Origin: Ginkgo biloba
Taxonomy: Eukaryota; Plantae; Ginkgophyta
Length of the DNA: 20,355 nucleotides
Reading direction: 5' to 3'
Assembly (NCBI GenBank): GCA_024626585.2
Contig: JANKJI020000002.1
Span: 199,114,582-199,134,936 of the forward strand
This document shows positions 1-10,204 of the stretch, one piece after another. The position numbers and the translations under genes were made by a program. The notes beneath the pieces are model-generated. The model made no database searches. It saw only the letters and a program-made list of their open reading frames with translations, and was not told where the DNA came from. Position 1 is the first letter of the stretch; each line of letters starts with the position of its first letter.

Positions 1-1337
1 TTTTCAATACTCGCTGATGCATGTGATTACCTCCAATCGATGCTTTGGATATTGAATTTCTCTCCAAATAACGCATAGTCCTCTTCTCTACTCTAATATC
101 CTAGACACTTGATCCTTATGCTTCCACTTTCTCCCCTTTGGCTCCACCTGCCTATTCTCTCTCTCATTCCTATTCTAATTACCCCATCCTGCCCTGGGCG
201 CCAAGTTTCTATCCTCTCAATTAGCTTAGTTGGTTATGCCATTAATTCACTTGTACTCTGTTGAGCAGAGCCTGCCATAACATGTTGGTCCATATTGGGC
301 CATGACTACACCATGCTCCTCTATCATGAGTAGGTGAAAAATTTAAATATTATGCTACCTATACATAACTTGTAATTGTGATCCCTATATTATTCTTCCC
401 TGTTCATTAATGTCAGTTGGTGGAGTAAGTGAGCCCTTTCGNNNNNNNNNNNNNNNNNNNNNNNNNNNNNNNNNNNNNNNNNNNNNNNNNNNNNNNNNNN
501 NNNNNNNNNNNTCCTCTTATTTTAATTATAGAATAATTTAGTATTTTGAGTCCCTGGTCATGTAGGCCATCACTAACATTCTTCCCATGCTCTAACCATG
601 TCATTCATTCCCTGTAGGTTTGCACTAATTTTATCAGTGTTGGTCTGATCTTACCCCATCTACATCTATCATCCACTTCCTCACCGACCATGTCATTATC
701 TCTCTACTTTCCATGTCAACATCGATTATCTGCTCACCAATAATATTGTTTCTTACCAACATGCTCCACTAACATTGTCATCCAAACCCATGTAGATTTC
801 CCTTTTTGTTGTCGAATGTCAGATTTCCTTTCCCTTGTCGATGAGCCTTTAATATTCATGCACGTTTTTAATTAAATAAATAGATAATTTTACACTCCCC
901 GATAAATAAATATTTCCCTTGTAAAACAAGTTCTCCATTGACAATGTTGGTTTACCAGCCTATCACTGATAATATCAACCAAATCGATGTCGAGCTCCTT
1001 TACTACATCCCCAATAATATCAGTGAACGACCCGACACAATCTCACCAACAATGTTGGTTTATCATATCTTCTCACCAGCACCAAGGTTCATCTTTTATC
1101 ATATGCCAACCATGTCAACAAACTCCACCCTGTGTTAGTGTTAGTTAGGTCCAAACTGACACGAAAACCTCCTCGACCATGACAACCATTGGTTGTCCTT
1201 CCTTTACCAAACTTCCTTTGCCTGTACTAAAATAAAATGCCCTCACCAAGATGACATCCTACAACTGATGTTAATGACATCAAAATGAATTCTCTTACTA
1301 ACCAAAATGTCAAAAATTGATGGATGCTCCTACATCA
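1..1337 (-). mobile_element. 3' LTR of Ty3/gypsy chromovirus element A (continues past window start)
   Basis: On the minus strand, TGATGTAGGAGCATCC begins at 1337 directly after a polypurine tract that follows the chromodomain. Similar TGATG starts occur at 3759(-) and 7510(+). Confidence 0.8.
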
Positions 1338-1346
1338 TCCTCCCCT
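1338..1346 (-). promoter_or_regulatory. Polypurine tract (PPT) of element A
   Basis: Minus strand AGGGGAGGA immediately precedes the TG LTR start. Confidence 0.85.
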
Positions 1347-1369
1347 ACTTGGAAAATTTACACATGAGC

Positions 1370-1800
1370 TCCTACTCATGTCTCCCTTCATATTCTACCC
1401 ACTTGGCTTCATCTATCTTCTTCAACTCTACTTCTATTACCCAAGTGCTATCCTCTAGTTGTAAATATGCCCATTTAATCAAGTATCTATTATATTTCCC
1501 ATGCCTAATTTCCACTATCTTCGTGTCCAAAATTTATTCTACCTCTTCCTTCTTCTTCTTAGTCAATTGCTTATGCCACTTAGTGGAATCCTCTTCTTCA
1601 TCATTGTCGTGGTACATGTAAAGATCAACCACATTAAATACAAGAGAAATATCATACTCATTTAGAAAATCTACCCAGTAGGAATTTTCATTGATCTTCT
1701 TGATAATTTTACAAGGTTCAATCTTCTTATATTTAAGCTTTGTATAAGTCCCCTTTGGAAATTCGTCCTTCCTTATATGCACCAAGATTGGGATCACTCT
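1370..1800 (-). pseudogene. Ty3/gypsy integrase C-terminus plus chromodomain, disrupted (element A)
   Basis: ORF 1534-1821 reads VHIRKDEFPKGTYTKLKYKKIEPCKIIKKINENSYWVD...FNVVDLY. Reading through the stop gives ILDTKIVEIRHGKYNRYLIKWAYLQLEDSTW, a chromodomain YLxKW...TW pattern. Confidence 0.9.
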
Positions 1801-2068
1801 ATCCAGGCGACAGATAGCCAATCATCGACGTCTTTAGATGACTCCAACNNNNNNNNNNNNNNNNNNNNNNNNNNNNNNNNNNNNNNNNNNNNNNNNNNNN
1901 NNNNNNNNNNNNNNNNNNNNNNNNNNNNNNNNNNNNNNNNNNNNNNNNTATTTTGGTACCACATACAATGTTATTTTCAGTTTTTCACTAATGAAGTTTT
2001 GCATGAGTTTTGGGTGTCAGTAAGAGCAAAATAGTTTAAAATGTGAAAAAAGTGCATTGAAACGATTT

Positions 2069-2145
2069 TAGGGGTGCATTAGTTAAACTTAGTAACTTAG
2101 TAACTTCCAATAGGATTCGAATTGGAAGTAAAATCTGCACCCCTA
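2069..2145. repeat. 77-bp nested inverted repeat (MITE-like remnant)
   Basis: Outer perfect 10-bp arms TAGGGGTGCA (2069-2078) and TGCACCCCTA (2136-2145). Inner perfect 9-bp arms ACTTCCAAT (2103-2111) and ATTGGAAGT (2121-2129). No target-site duplication seen. Confidence 0.6.
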
Positions 2146-2155
2146 CTCTGGATAG

Positions 2156-3759
2156 TGATGCGGGCGCGGGTCGACAACACTGAAATTGGGCTCNNNNNNN
2201 NNNNNNNNNNNNNNNNNNNNNNNNNNNNNNNNNNNNGACGATGTTAGTGAACCTCAACACCGCCGGGTGTCGGTTCGCGCTAGGCCAATGCTAACAAAGA
2301 GGGTCCTTCACCGACGCTTGTCGGTGCTTCGCGTTGGTGTCACAGTCGACGATCCTCCTTCTCTCCACATCGTCGCCCGCTCCGCCTTCCAGGATCTTTC
2401 ACAAGCAACCACGCCGACGACGTTGGCGAACTTAGTTTGTTACATTAGTGACAAGGCTACCGACAATCCACATTAAATCACATAAGTCATTCACATAACC
2501 AATTACTCCACGACATGGATTATGGGCTCAAACACACAAAACAACATCAATGACAAGGAAGTTTGAATTGGAGGAGCCCTCTCGGGGAATAAAACTCCAG
2601 GTATTATTCAAATCAAGCCTCAAGAGTATTTACACTCACTTACAATGGCCCACAGCCTATCCTCTCTCACAGAGGTAATTACATCCACGCAAGCGGTCAA
2701 TTGTACTAGTCAAACAATATAAAACTGAGTTGCCCCCTTAGTGATCTGTACGTAGGTTCCATGACTTGACCATCAATACGTTGGTGTTTATCCATAATTT
2801 ACTATTTTGGTTACTTTCTCCACTTAGCTTGCTTGATTAGGTTTTTAAACCTCCTAACTCACACTCAAAATATTGCTCCTTGGGCTAGGCCTTGCTTCTT
2901 ACCAAACAATAACTACCATAGTTCAGTTAACACTCCAAAATCTTCTTCTCTAATGGGTGTTTTGGTCACTAATGCCTTCACCTTAAAATCTAGCAGTATA
3001 ATTCTTCAATGCTCAACTATCCAACCCTTTCTTCCTTCACTAGCTCACCTTTTATACCCAAGATTCAAATGGATATAGGAAGTTTTGAGTTCCAATGTTC
3101 CCCTATCACAATTATTAGGTTTGGTCAATCTTAATGCTAACAACATTCTTTTCCATTAATGATTACAATGACTTTTCATGGGCTCACCTTCTTCAACTTT
3201 GTCTCTCATAACTGCCTAGTGGATGGTATATTTAATGTTTCTACTTAATAGTAATGTATATTTTCATGTGTTCTTCCATTATACTTACTGATGTATGTAC
3301 CTAAGATAAATTATTCACTTAGAACCTTTTGTCATCAGTCCTCCAACTTAACCTTCCATATTGTTGTTGGTTTCCACCTTCTTTGTCGACATAGGTTCTC
3401 TTAGAAATCCGATGTCATTTTAAGGATGTCATCCTATATTTACCAAACCCTGCTTCCTTCCACCATGTCAATGGTCATTAATTGCCAAAACTTTATAATG
3501 TCTGCATTCACCTTCTATCAGGCATCATCGACACGGGCTTCATCTTGCCGATGATGTTGATCATTCCTTGATCGACGATGTCAGCCTCTGATATCTACTA
3601 ACCTATGGCATCAGTTTATCTCTCACTAACACACTTCCTCTTCAAAATATTTTTAGTATACCAAAATAAAATACCTTTGATACATAGTTATACCTTCTCT
3701 TTCTCTACCATCCAAAATTGTGAACTTTGTCGGGGTGCAATCGTGATGCTCCTGCATCA
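2156..3759 (-). mobile_element. Probable solo LTR of the same chromovirus group
   Basis: Minus-strand start TGATGCAGGAGCATC at 3759 matches the element A LTR start. The other end, TGATGCGGG at 2156, gives TGATGC/GCATCA termini. It contains the GGGGAATAAAACTC motif (~2584) shared with the LTRs at ~8780 and ~8955. No adjacent PPT, clear PBS or TSD; the 2156 boundary is less certain. Confidence 0.6.
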
Positions 3760-4696
3760 CTTATCATGAGGAGGATTTATTGTTATATTAGGTTTAATTT
3801 TAGGACAATTAAAAAAAAATCATGATGAATTAAATTATAATATTATAATATATTTTCTTTATACACTTAGTATATATTATAGATTATGTTATTCTTGGTT
3901 ATTTATGTAGTTAAATACTATTACTAAGAAAAGATATTGGTTGTAAAGTTAATTGGTTACCATGNNNNNNNNNNNNNNNNNNNNNNNNNNNNNNNNNNNN
4001 NNNNNNNNNNNNNNNNNNNNNNNNNNNNNNNNNNNNNNNNNNNNNNNNNNNNNNNNNNNNNNNNNNNNNNNNNNNNNNNNNNNNNNNNNNNNNNNNNNNN
4101 NNNNNNNNNNNNNNNNNNNNNNNNNNNNNNNNNNNNNNNNNNNNNNNNNNNNNNNNNNNNNNNNNNNNNNNNNNNNNNNNNNNNNNNNNNNNNNNNNNNN
4201 NNNNNNNNNNNNNNNNNNNNNNNNNNNNNNNNNNNNNNNNNNNNNNNNNNNNNNNNNNNNNNNNNNNNNNNNNNNNNNNNNNNNNNNNNNNNNNNNNNNN
4301 NNNNNNNNNNNNNNNNNNNNNNNNNNNNNNNNNNNNNNNNNNNNNNNNNNNNNNNNNNNNNNNNNNNNNNNNNNNNNNNNNNNNNNNNNNNNNNNNNNNN
4401 NNNNNNNNNNNNNNNNNNNNNNNNNNNNNNNNNNNNNNNNNNNNNNNNNNNNNNNNNNNNNNNNNNNNNNNNNNNNNNNNNNNNNNNNNNNNNNNNNNNN
4501 NNNNNNNNNNNNNNNNNNNNNNNNNNNNNNNNNNNNNNNNNNNNNNNNNNNNNNNNNNNNNNNNNNNNNNNNNNNNNNNNNNNNNNNNNNNNNNNNNNNN
4601 NNNNNNNNNNNNNNNNNNNNNNNNNNNNNNNNNNNNNNNNNNNNNNNNNNNNNNNNNNNNNNNNNNNNNNNNNNNNNNNNNNNNNNNNNNNNNNNN

Positions 4697-5805
4697 GAAA
4701 CTAGTTGAATTCCATAAGGTTAGATTAGTGATATACAAGTGGGAACAATACAAATGGTAATGATAGGAATAATGGGAAAGGACCATAAGGTAAAACTACC
4801 ATATGGTTAAATGAGTACCATGGATATGCAAGTGCTAAAAAGGTCTAAAAGTATTAGAAAACCTAACCCTTGAACGAGTAAAACCTTAGTGAAACCAAAT
4901 GGAAGCATACTCGTTATTTTTATCATCATACTACCATGTAACTGCTATAGAACCCAAAGATAAGGTTCCTAACACACAGAGGCATAGAATGGACTCCAAA
5001 GAAACCAAAATACACTAGAAGAATCACCATAGAGAAATCCTTAACATGGGCCACCTTAAAGGACCACACCTTAGGAACTAGGTGTCCAAACCCTTGAACA
5101 GGTAAAAAAAAACCTTAATATAGGCAAAGGAAATAAGAAATAAAATGTGACCCACTATCATAGGTACACAAAAAATTCCCATGCAAACCACTAGAGAAAA
5201 TACCCAAGCTTGAATAAGTGATTTGATATTGCCCCACCAACACCCAACATAGTGCTAAGAAGCTACAGTAATGCATCCCACCTTACCAATAAATAGTGAA
5301 ACACCATTGAATGATAAGAGGCCATTAAACAAGCTAAAAGAAATTATCACTATCAAAGCTAGTGGTAAACCCTTAAATGGGATAAGAATCTAAATTGGCA
5401 TAACACCTTCCATCAGAAAAATGTTGGATAGCATCATAATTAAGCTCAGGCTATGAGCCATAGCAAAATTTTCCCCTCAAAACCTTAGAGCACCAAGAAA
5501 TTTTCTAGAGGCATAGGAGAGACGCCATCTCATAATCTCTTTGCTCATACAATATTACAACCATGGTTAACATAATCCTTCACTATGGTTAGGTAAATAA
5601 TTAACTATGGTTGGGTTAGAAATTAATAATAGTTAATTGACTATATACTTAAACCCTCTATAGAAATAAGAACAATTCTAATTGATCATACTCTTACATA
5701 ATTCTATTCACATACTTTGGATAAATCAAAGACAAAGAACATTCACACAAGCTTTGGACAATTAACCAATCTCTCTATTTTTCTTTGCCTATTCCAAAGA
5801 ATTAC
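4697..5805. repeat. Unclassified repeat-like non-coding segment (possibly LTR/UTR of another element)
   Basis: No coding similarity recognised. A recurrent AACCCTTGAAC..GTAAAA..CCTTA motif occurs at ~4865 and ~5089, with a weaker copy at ~5368. Bounded by gaps. Confidence 0.3.
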
Positions 5806-5905
5806 NNNNNNNNNNNNNNNNNNNNNNNNNNNNNNNNNNNNNNNNNNNNNNNNNNNNNNNNNNNNNNNNNNNNNNNNNNNNNNNNNNNNNNNNNNNNNNN
5901 NNNNN

Positions 5906-7465
5906 CCAAATGGATTGAATTCCTATAGAGATATTTATTTGTGTTGAAGCATCACTCAAAAAATTTGAACCAAGTAGCATATACCTCAAGTCAAAGAATG
6001 ATACCACTGACAACAACAAAAAATAAAGTTATTGGTTTTGAGTTAGTAAAGGAAATATATGCCATCGACAGAGACTTTTGACAAATAATAGAATCCAACA
6101 ACCAATAATGGAAATATATATGGATATTATTTATTGAAAGACAAATATTTATTCAAAAGCTGACAGTTATGCATACCTGATAGTTCCCTATGAGAGAACA
6201 TAATCCAAGAGTTGTATTGTGGTGGAGTAGGAGGTCATTTTTTCTGAGATAAAACCATTGCATTAGTGGAAGGTCGATATTTTTTGCCATGATTAAAGAA
6301 GTAGGTGGGCAAATTTATAGAGAAATGTAGAATCTGCCAAGTAGTAAAGGGACAATCATAAAATATTGGACTATATAATCCATTACCAATTTCAAAAGCA
6401 CCTTGGACATACATATCAATGGATTTTTTATTGGGATTGCCAAATACCCAAAGGGAAAATGACTTTGTGTTTGTAATCATGGATTGATTTTTGAAGATTA
6501 TACATTTCATACCCTATTAAAAAAATAAATGATGCAAGAAAGATAGCATAACCATTCTTCAAAGAAGCAGTATGACTACATGGATTGCCAAGAAGCATTA
6601 CTTTCAACTAAGATAGAAAATAACAAAGTCATTTTTGGAAAATGTTATTAAGGAATTTGGATACCAAACTCCAGTTTAGTAGCGCATACCACCCACAAAT
6701 TAACAGATAGATGAAGGTTGTGAATAGATAATTGGGTAATCTATTGAGAATTTTAGTTGGAGACAAGCCCAAGTAGTAGGATCATACATTGACACAAGTG
6801 GAATTCGCCTATAATAGTTCTACAAATAGATCGATAAGATTGGCACCATTTAAGATTGTATATGGGAGAATGTCGAAGACTATTATAGACTTGGTTAAAA
6901 TATCAAGCAGTGAAAGGATTAGTGATGATGTTGAGGCTATGGCCAAATACATAAANNNNNNNNNNNNNNNNNNNNNNNNNNNNNNNNNNNNNNNNNNNNN
7001 NNNNNNCAATCACAGACTGACATCGTTGACATAAAGAATTTAAATTCAGAGATATAATTATGGTATTCCTAAGAAAGGATAAATTCCCACTAGGAACGTA
7101 CAAGAAGCTTAAATATAAAAATATCGGGCCATGTCAAATAGTTAAAAAGATAAATGAGAACGCATATGAAGTGGACTTACTAATAGAATATAACATTTCA
7201 CCCATCTTTAATGTTATTGATTTATATAAATTTTAGGGTGGTGAACACCAAAAGAAGTGATGGTGGATTGGAAGCGACAAGTGCCAAGAAAGAAGGAGGA
7301 ACAAATTAAAGAAGTGATGGATAGGAAGGTTATAGAGACTAGAGGAGGAAATTACCTAAGATATATGGTGAAGTGGGAAGGATTACCCCATAAAGACAAC
7401 ACCTAAATCATGGAAGAAGAGCTCAGAAGTTTAAATGAGGAGAGATAGAAGAAATTTTGAACATG
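5906..7465 (+). pseudogene. Ty3/gypsy pol remnant: RNase H end, integrase (zinc finger, core, GPY/F region) and chromodomain (element B)
   Basis: Manual translation: GGVGGHF..DKT...CRICQVVKG...[25 protein letters not shown]...LHGLPRSIT...SSAYHPQ...EFAYNSS...PFKIVYG...KLKYKNIGPCQIVKKINENAYEVDL...RYMVKWEGLPHKDNT*. Many in-frame stops and frameshifts. Confidence 0.95.
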
Positions 7466-7500
7466 AGTATTTGTAGGAGAACCTATAAATGTTTATAAGT

Positions 7501-7509
7501 AAGGGAGGA
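7501..7509 (+). promoter_or_regulatory. Polypurine tract of element B
   Basis: AAGGGAGGA directly followed by TGATG. Confidence 0.85.
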
Positions 7510-8821
7510 TGATGAAGGATCATCTTGGTAGCATGTTGACAAGTGTATAATTTTGTAGATAAGAGTGGATCTAACAATTCAACAGTATTTTGGGCAAACT
7601 TGACAAGCATTTTGATGCTTGGATTCTTCAGGAAAGAATAGCTAGCGAGGATAAATAAGAGATAGTATTAAATTAATGAAAGGAGATCAACATCATCAGA
7701 GGTAAACCAACATCAACATAAGATAGGGTGTGGACAACATCATTGGGTAAGGAAGAAGGTGATATTGACACCATCGAATAGGAGAAGATTGAAATCAACA
7801 AAAATTTTAAAATACAAAGTTTACAGGTTGAGATCATCGACATCAAGCTAGGATCTAATAGAAGTGGGATAAAAATTAAGCTAGTGTGACTCACTTATCC
7901 AAATTTAATGCACCTAGAATCCAAAGAGAAAGGTGCACATGGAAGGAAATATGAACATTATTAGTACAAGAATGCATTTAATACTCTAACTACCAGAGAA
8001 TGTTGAGAAAAGAAGAAGGGTGATACTAGGCTAGAGAGATAGTCATTATAAATCATTAATGGTAGGAGCCATTTAAATGTTATCAATTGAACTGTTAGAG
8101 GTAAGCCTTCATTCCCATGAAAATCCCAGAAGGAAGAGAAGAATAGGTTAGAACCTCCATGGGGGAATTGGTGAATCTAGGAAAAGAAAAGAAGGGGTGA
8201 GAATATTAACGAGAGATTGATAAACTAAGTGAAGAGGAAGCAGTTCATTCAAAGAGCTATGTGGAGAATAAGTATAGGATGAGAAAGTGAGTGGCTAAAG
8301 AAAGAAGGCGAATTGAAAATGGATTGCAGCAAGAGGGAGATTGATCAAGTATATCGGTGTGCGATTAAATCCCATCATACCTACAAGTCTTGAGTATCAA
8401 AGCAAAGGAAATAAATCCAAGAGTGAAGGGAAGAGGACTAGACAAACCACTAAGTTAAGGTAGCTTAGGAGAGTGATTAAAGATTGAGTGGATCATGATT
8501 AGAACTACCAATAGAGACAACTCAAGGATAAGATGAATCTCGGTAGAATGCTAAGCTAGAGGTAGCTAGAAGTGAGGAGTTAAGGATTCTATTGGGGAGC
8601 AATTCAGTTTTCTAAAACTGAATAGATTAATTAATGATGGTAGTTTGGGGGACTATTATGTATGTGGTGATTGGTTAGAAAAAGTTGTGAGCGTTATAAC
8701 AACCCTCCGATAGTGAGAAAGAGATAATTTGAGCTATTATAATATTTTTTAAAATCTTAGATTAATGACATCTGAAATTTTATTCCCCAAGAGGGTCTCT
8801 CCAGTTAAAAATATTATTGTC
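7510..8821 (+). mobile_element. 3' LTR of element B (end hidden in gap)
   Basis: Starts TGATGAAGGATCATC after the PPT and is colinear with the reverse complement of 8922-10168. TATA-like CATTATAAAT at ~8044 and conserved TTTTATTCCCC motif at ~8778. Confidence 0.8.
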
Positions 8822-8921
8822 NNNNNNNNNNNNNNNNNNNNNNNNNNNNNNNNNNNNNNNNNNNNNNNNNNNNNNNNNNNNNNNNNNNNNNNNNNNNNNN
8901 NNNNNNNNNNNNNNNNNNNNN
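8822..8921. other. 100-N assembly gap of probably unknown size (also 1849-1948, 5806-5905, 12385-12484, 15012-15111)
   Basis: Five N-runs are exactly 100 nt long, and sequence identity or orientation changes across each one. Confidence 0.9.
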
Positions 8922-10168
8922 ACATAATATTTTTAACTAAACAAATTCTCAGGGGGAATAAAACTCTAGGTGTATGAAACCAAGGATTTTAGGTGTTATA
9001 GTAGCCTCTACGGCTCTTCCTCTTTATTGGAGGGCCAATACAATGGATTACAGTAATTCAAACATATGACCATTATCCCTGAGCAACGAGTTACCTTTCT
9101 CAATGGTTCTACTTGACTCTGCTCAGCTTACTCTTACTTTGGCAGAATCCTCAATGCCTCTATCGACGGCCTATCCATCTTGACACTCTATTGGGTATTC
9201 AATTTTATTTTGAGTTGCCTTTATCATCAATTCTATTTTATCCTTTAGTCTTAGTTAGATACCACTGGGAAAAATCCTTGATACCTCTTCTGAGTTGCCT
9301 CTCTCAGCATTCTGTCCAATCTTTAAACGTTCACTTACTTCTCGTTTCCTTTGGTTCTCACCCTCAAGCCCTATAGGTGTACTCGAACACCATACTCCCA
9401 CAATCTACCTTCACTCGACGATTCTTCCTTTGTCTACACTCATTCTTCTTCAATCTTCTTTTGAAGCTTGATTCATTAAATGTTTCATAAACTAATCGAC
9501 CCTTTCTCCCCCTTCACTCTAAGTTTTTATGGTTGATTTCAAATAGCTAGCATGCAAACATTCTTCCTTCCTCTAATAGATCGATTGGTGAGGATTTACT
9601 ACTTTGTAATGGCTATCATCATTATTGCATTATAATGTCTCTTTTTTGCCTTGTCTCACCCTCTTCTTTTTCCTCAATTGCCTAGTAGATGTAATATTTA
9701 ATGCACCTCCTTTCTTTAACCTTCTGGTGCATTGAATCTGGATAGATAAGTTATAAGATAGAGTCATTAAGACTTGTTCTCTAACATAGCTTCCCCCAAC
9801 GTCACTCTTATCATTAAGCTAACATCCTTCATGAGTGGTCCTTAAGTTCAAAATTGCTATTGGCATTGGTCATCTCTTATCCGACGATGTCATTCCTCAT
9901 GTCTCTTCTCTGAAAATGTCTTCCATAACACTTCATGTTAGTGGCAATCATCTCTTGTCTAACTATGTTAGTCATACCTTCCTTGCTCCACCAATGATGT
10001 CAGCCACACTCAGCCTATATTAGTGTCGGTCTCTAACGATATCGATATACTTGACCAATAAAGCTCTTCCCAAAATGCTTGTCGATTTACCAAAACATAC
10101 TATCGATATGTTGGCTCTACTTTCTCTTTGAAAAATTAGTGCACTTTATCAGAGTGATACCATGATGC
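8922..10168 (-). mobile_element. 3' LTR of element C (PPT and first LTR bases deleted; end hidden in gap)
   Basis: The reverse complement aligns by eye with the element B LTR in several blocks, e.g. 9701-9750 vs 7890-7940, 9600-9700 vs 7975-8075 and 8922-9008 vs 8731-8820. Confidence 0.8.
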
Positions 10169-10204
10169 ACTTAAAAAAAATTTATAGGTCCTCCTACAAA
10201 CACT

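Noticed and set aside
1370-1540. Domesticated host chromodomain gene linked to the chromatin remodeler
   Set aside because: All three chromodomains lie in stop-disrupted pol remnants followed by LTR sequence; their proximity to CHR24 looks coincidental.
1307-1621. 104-aa plus-strand ORF and similar short ORFs (6235-6510, 10701-10922, 12129-12326, 13140-13415)
   Set aside because: Antisense shadows of decayed pol sequence with no independent coding signal.
3911-4786. Long ORFs of 251-291 aa in the ORF track
   Set aside because: Almost entirely N-gap; artefacts.
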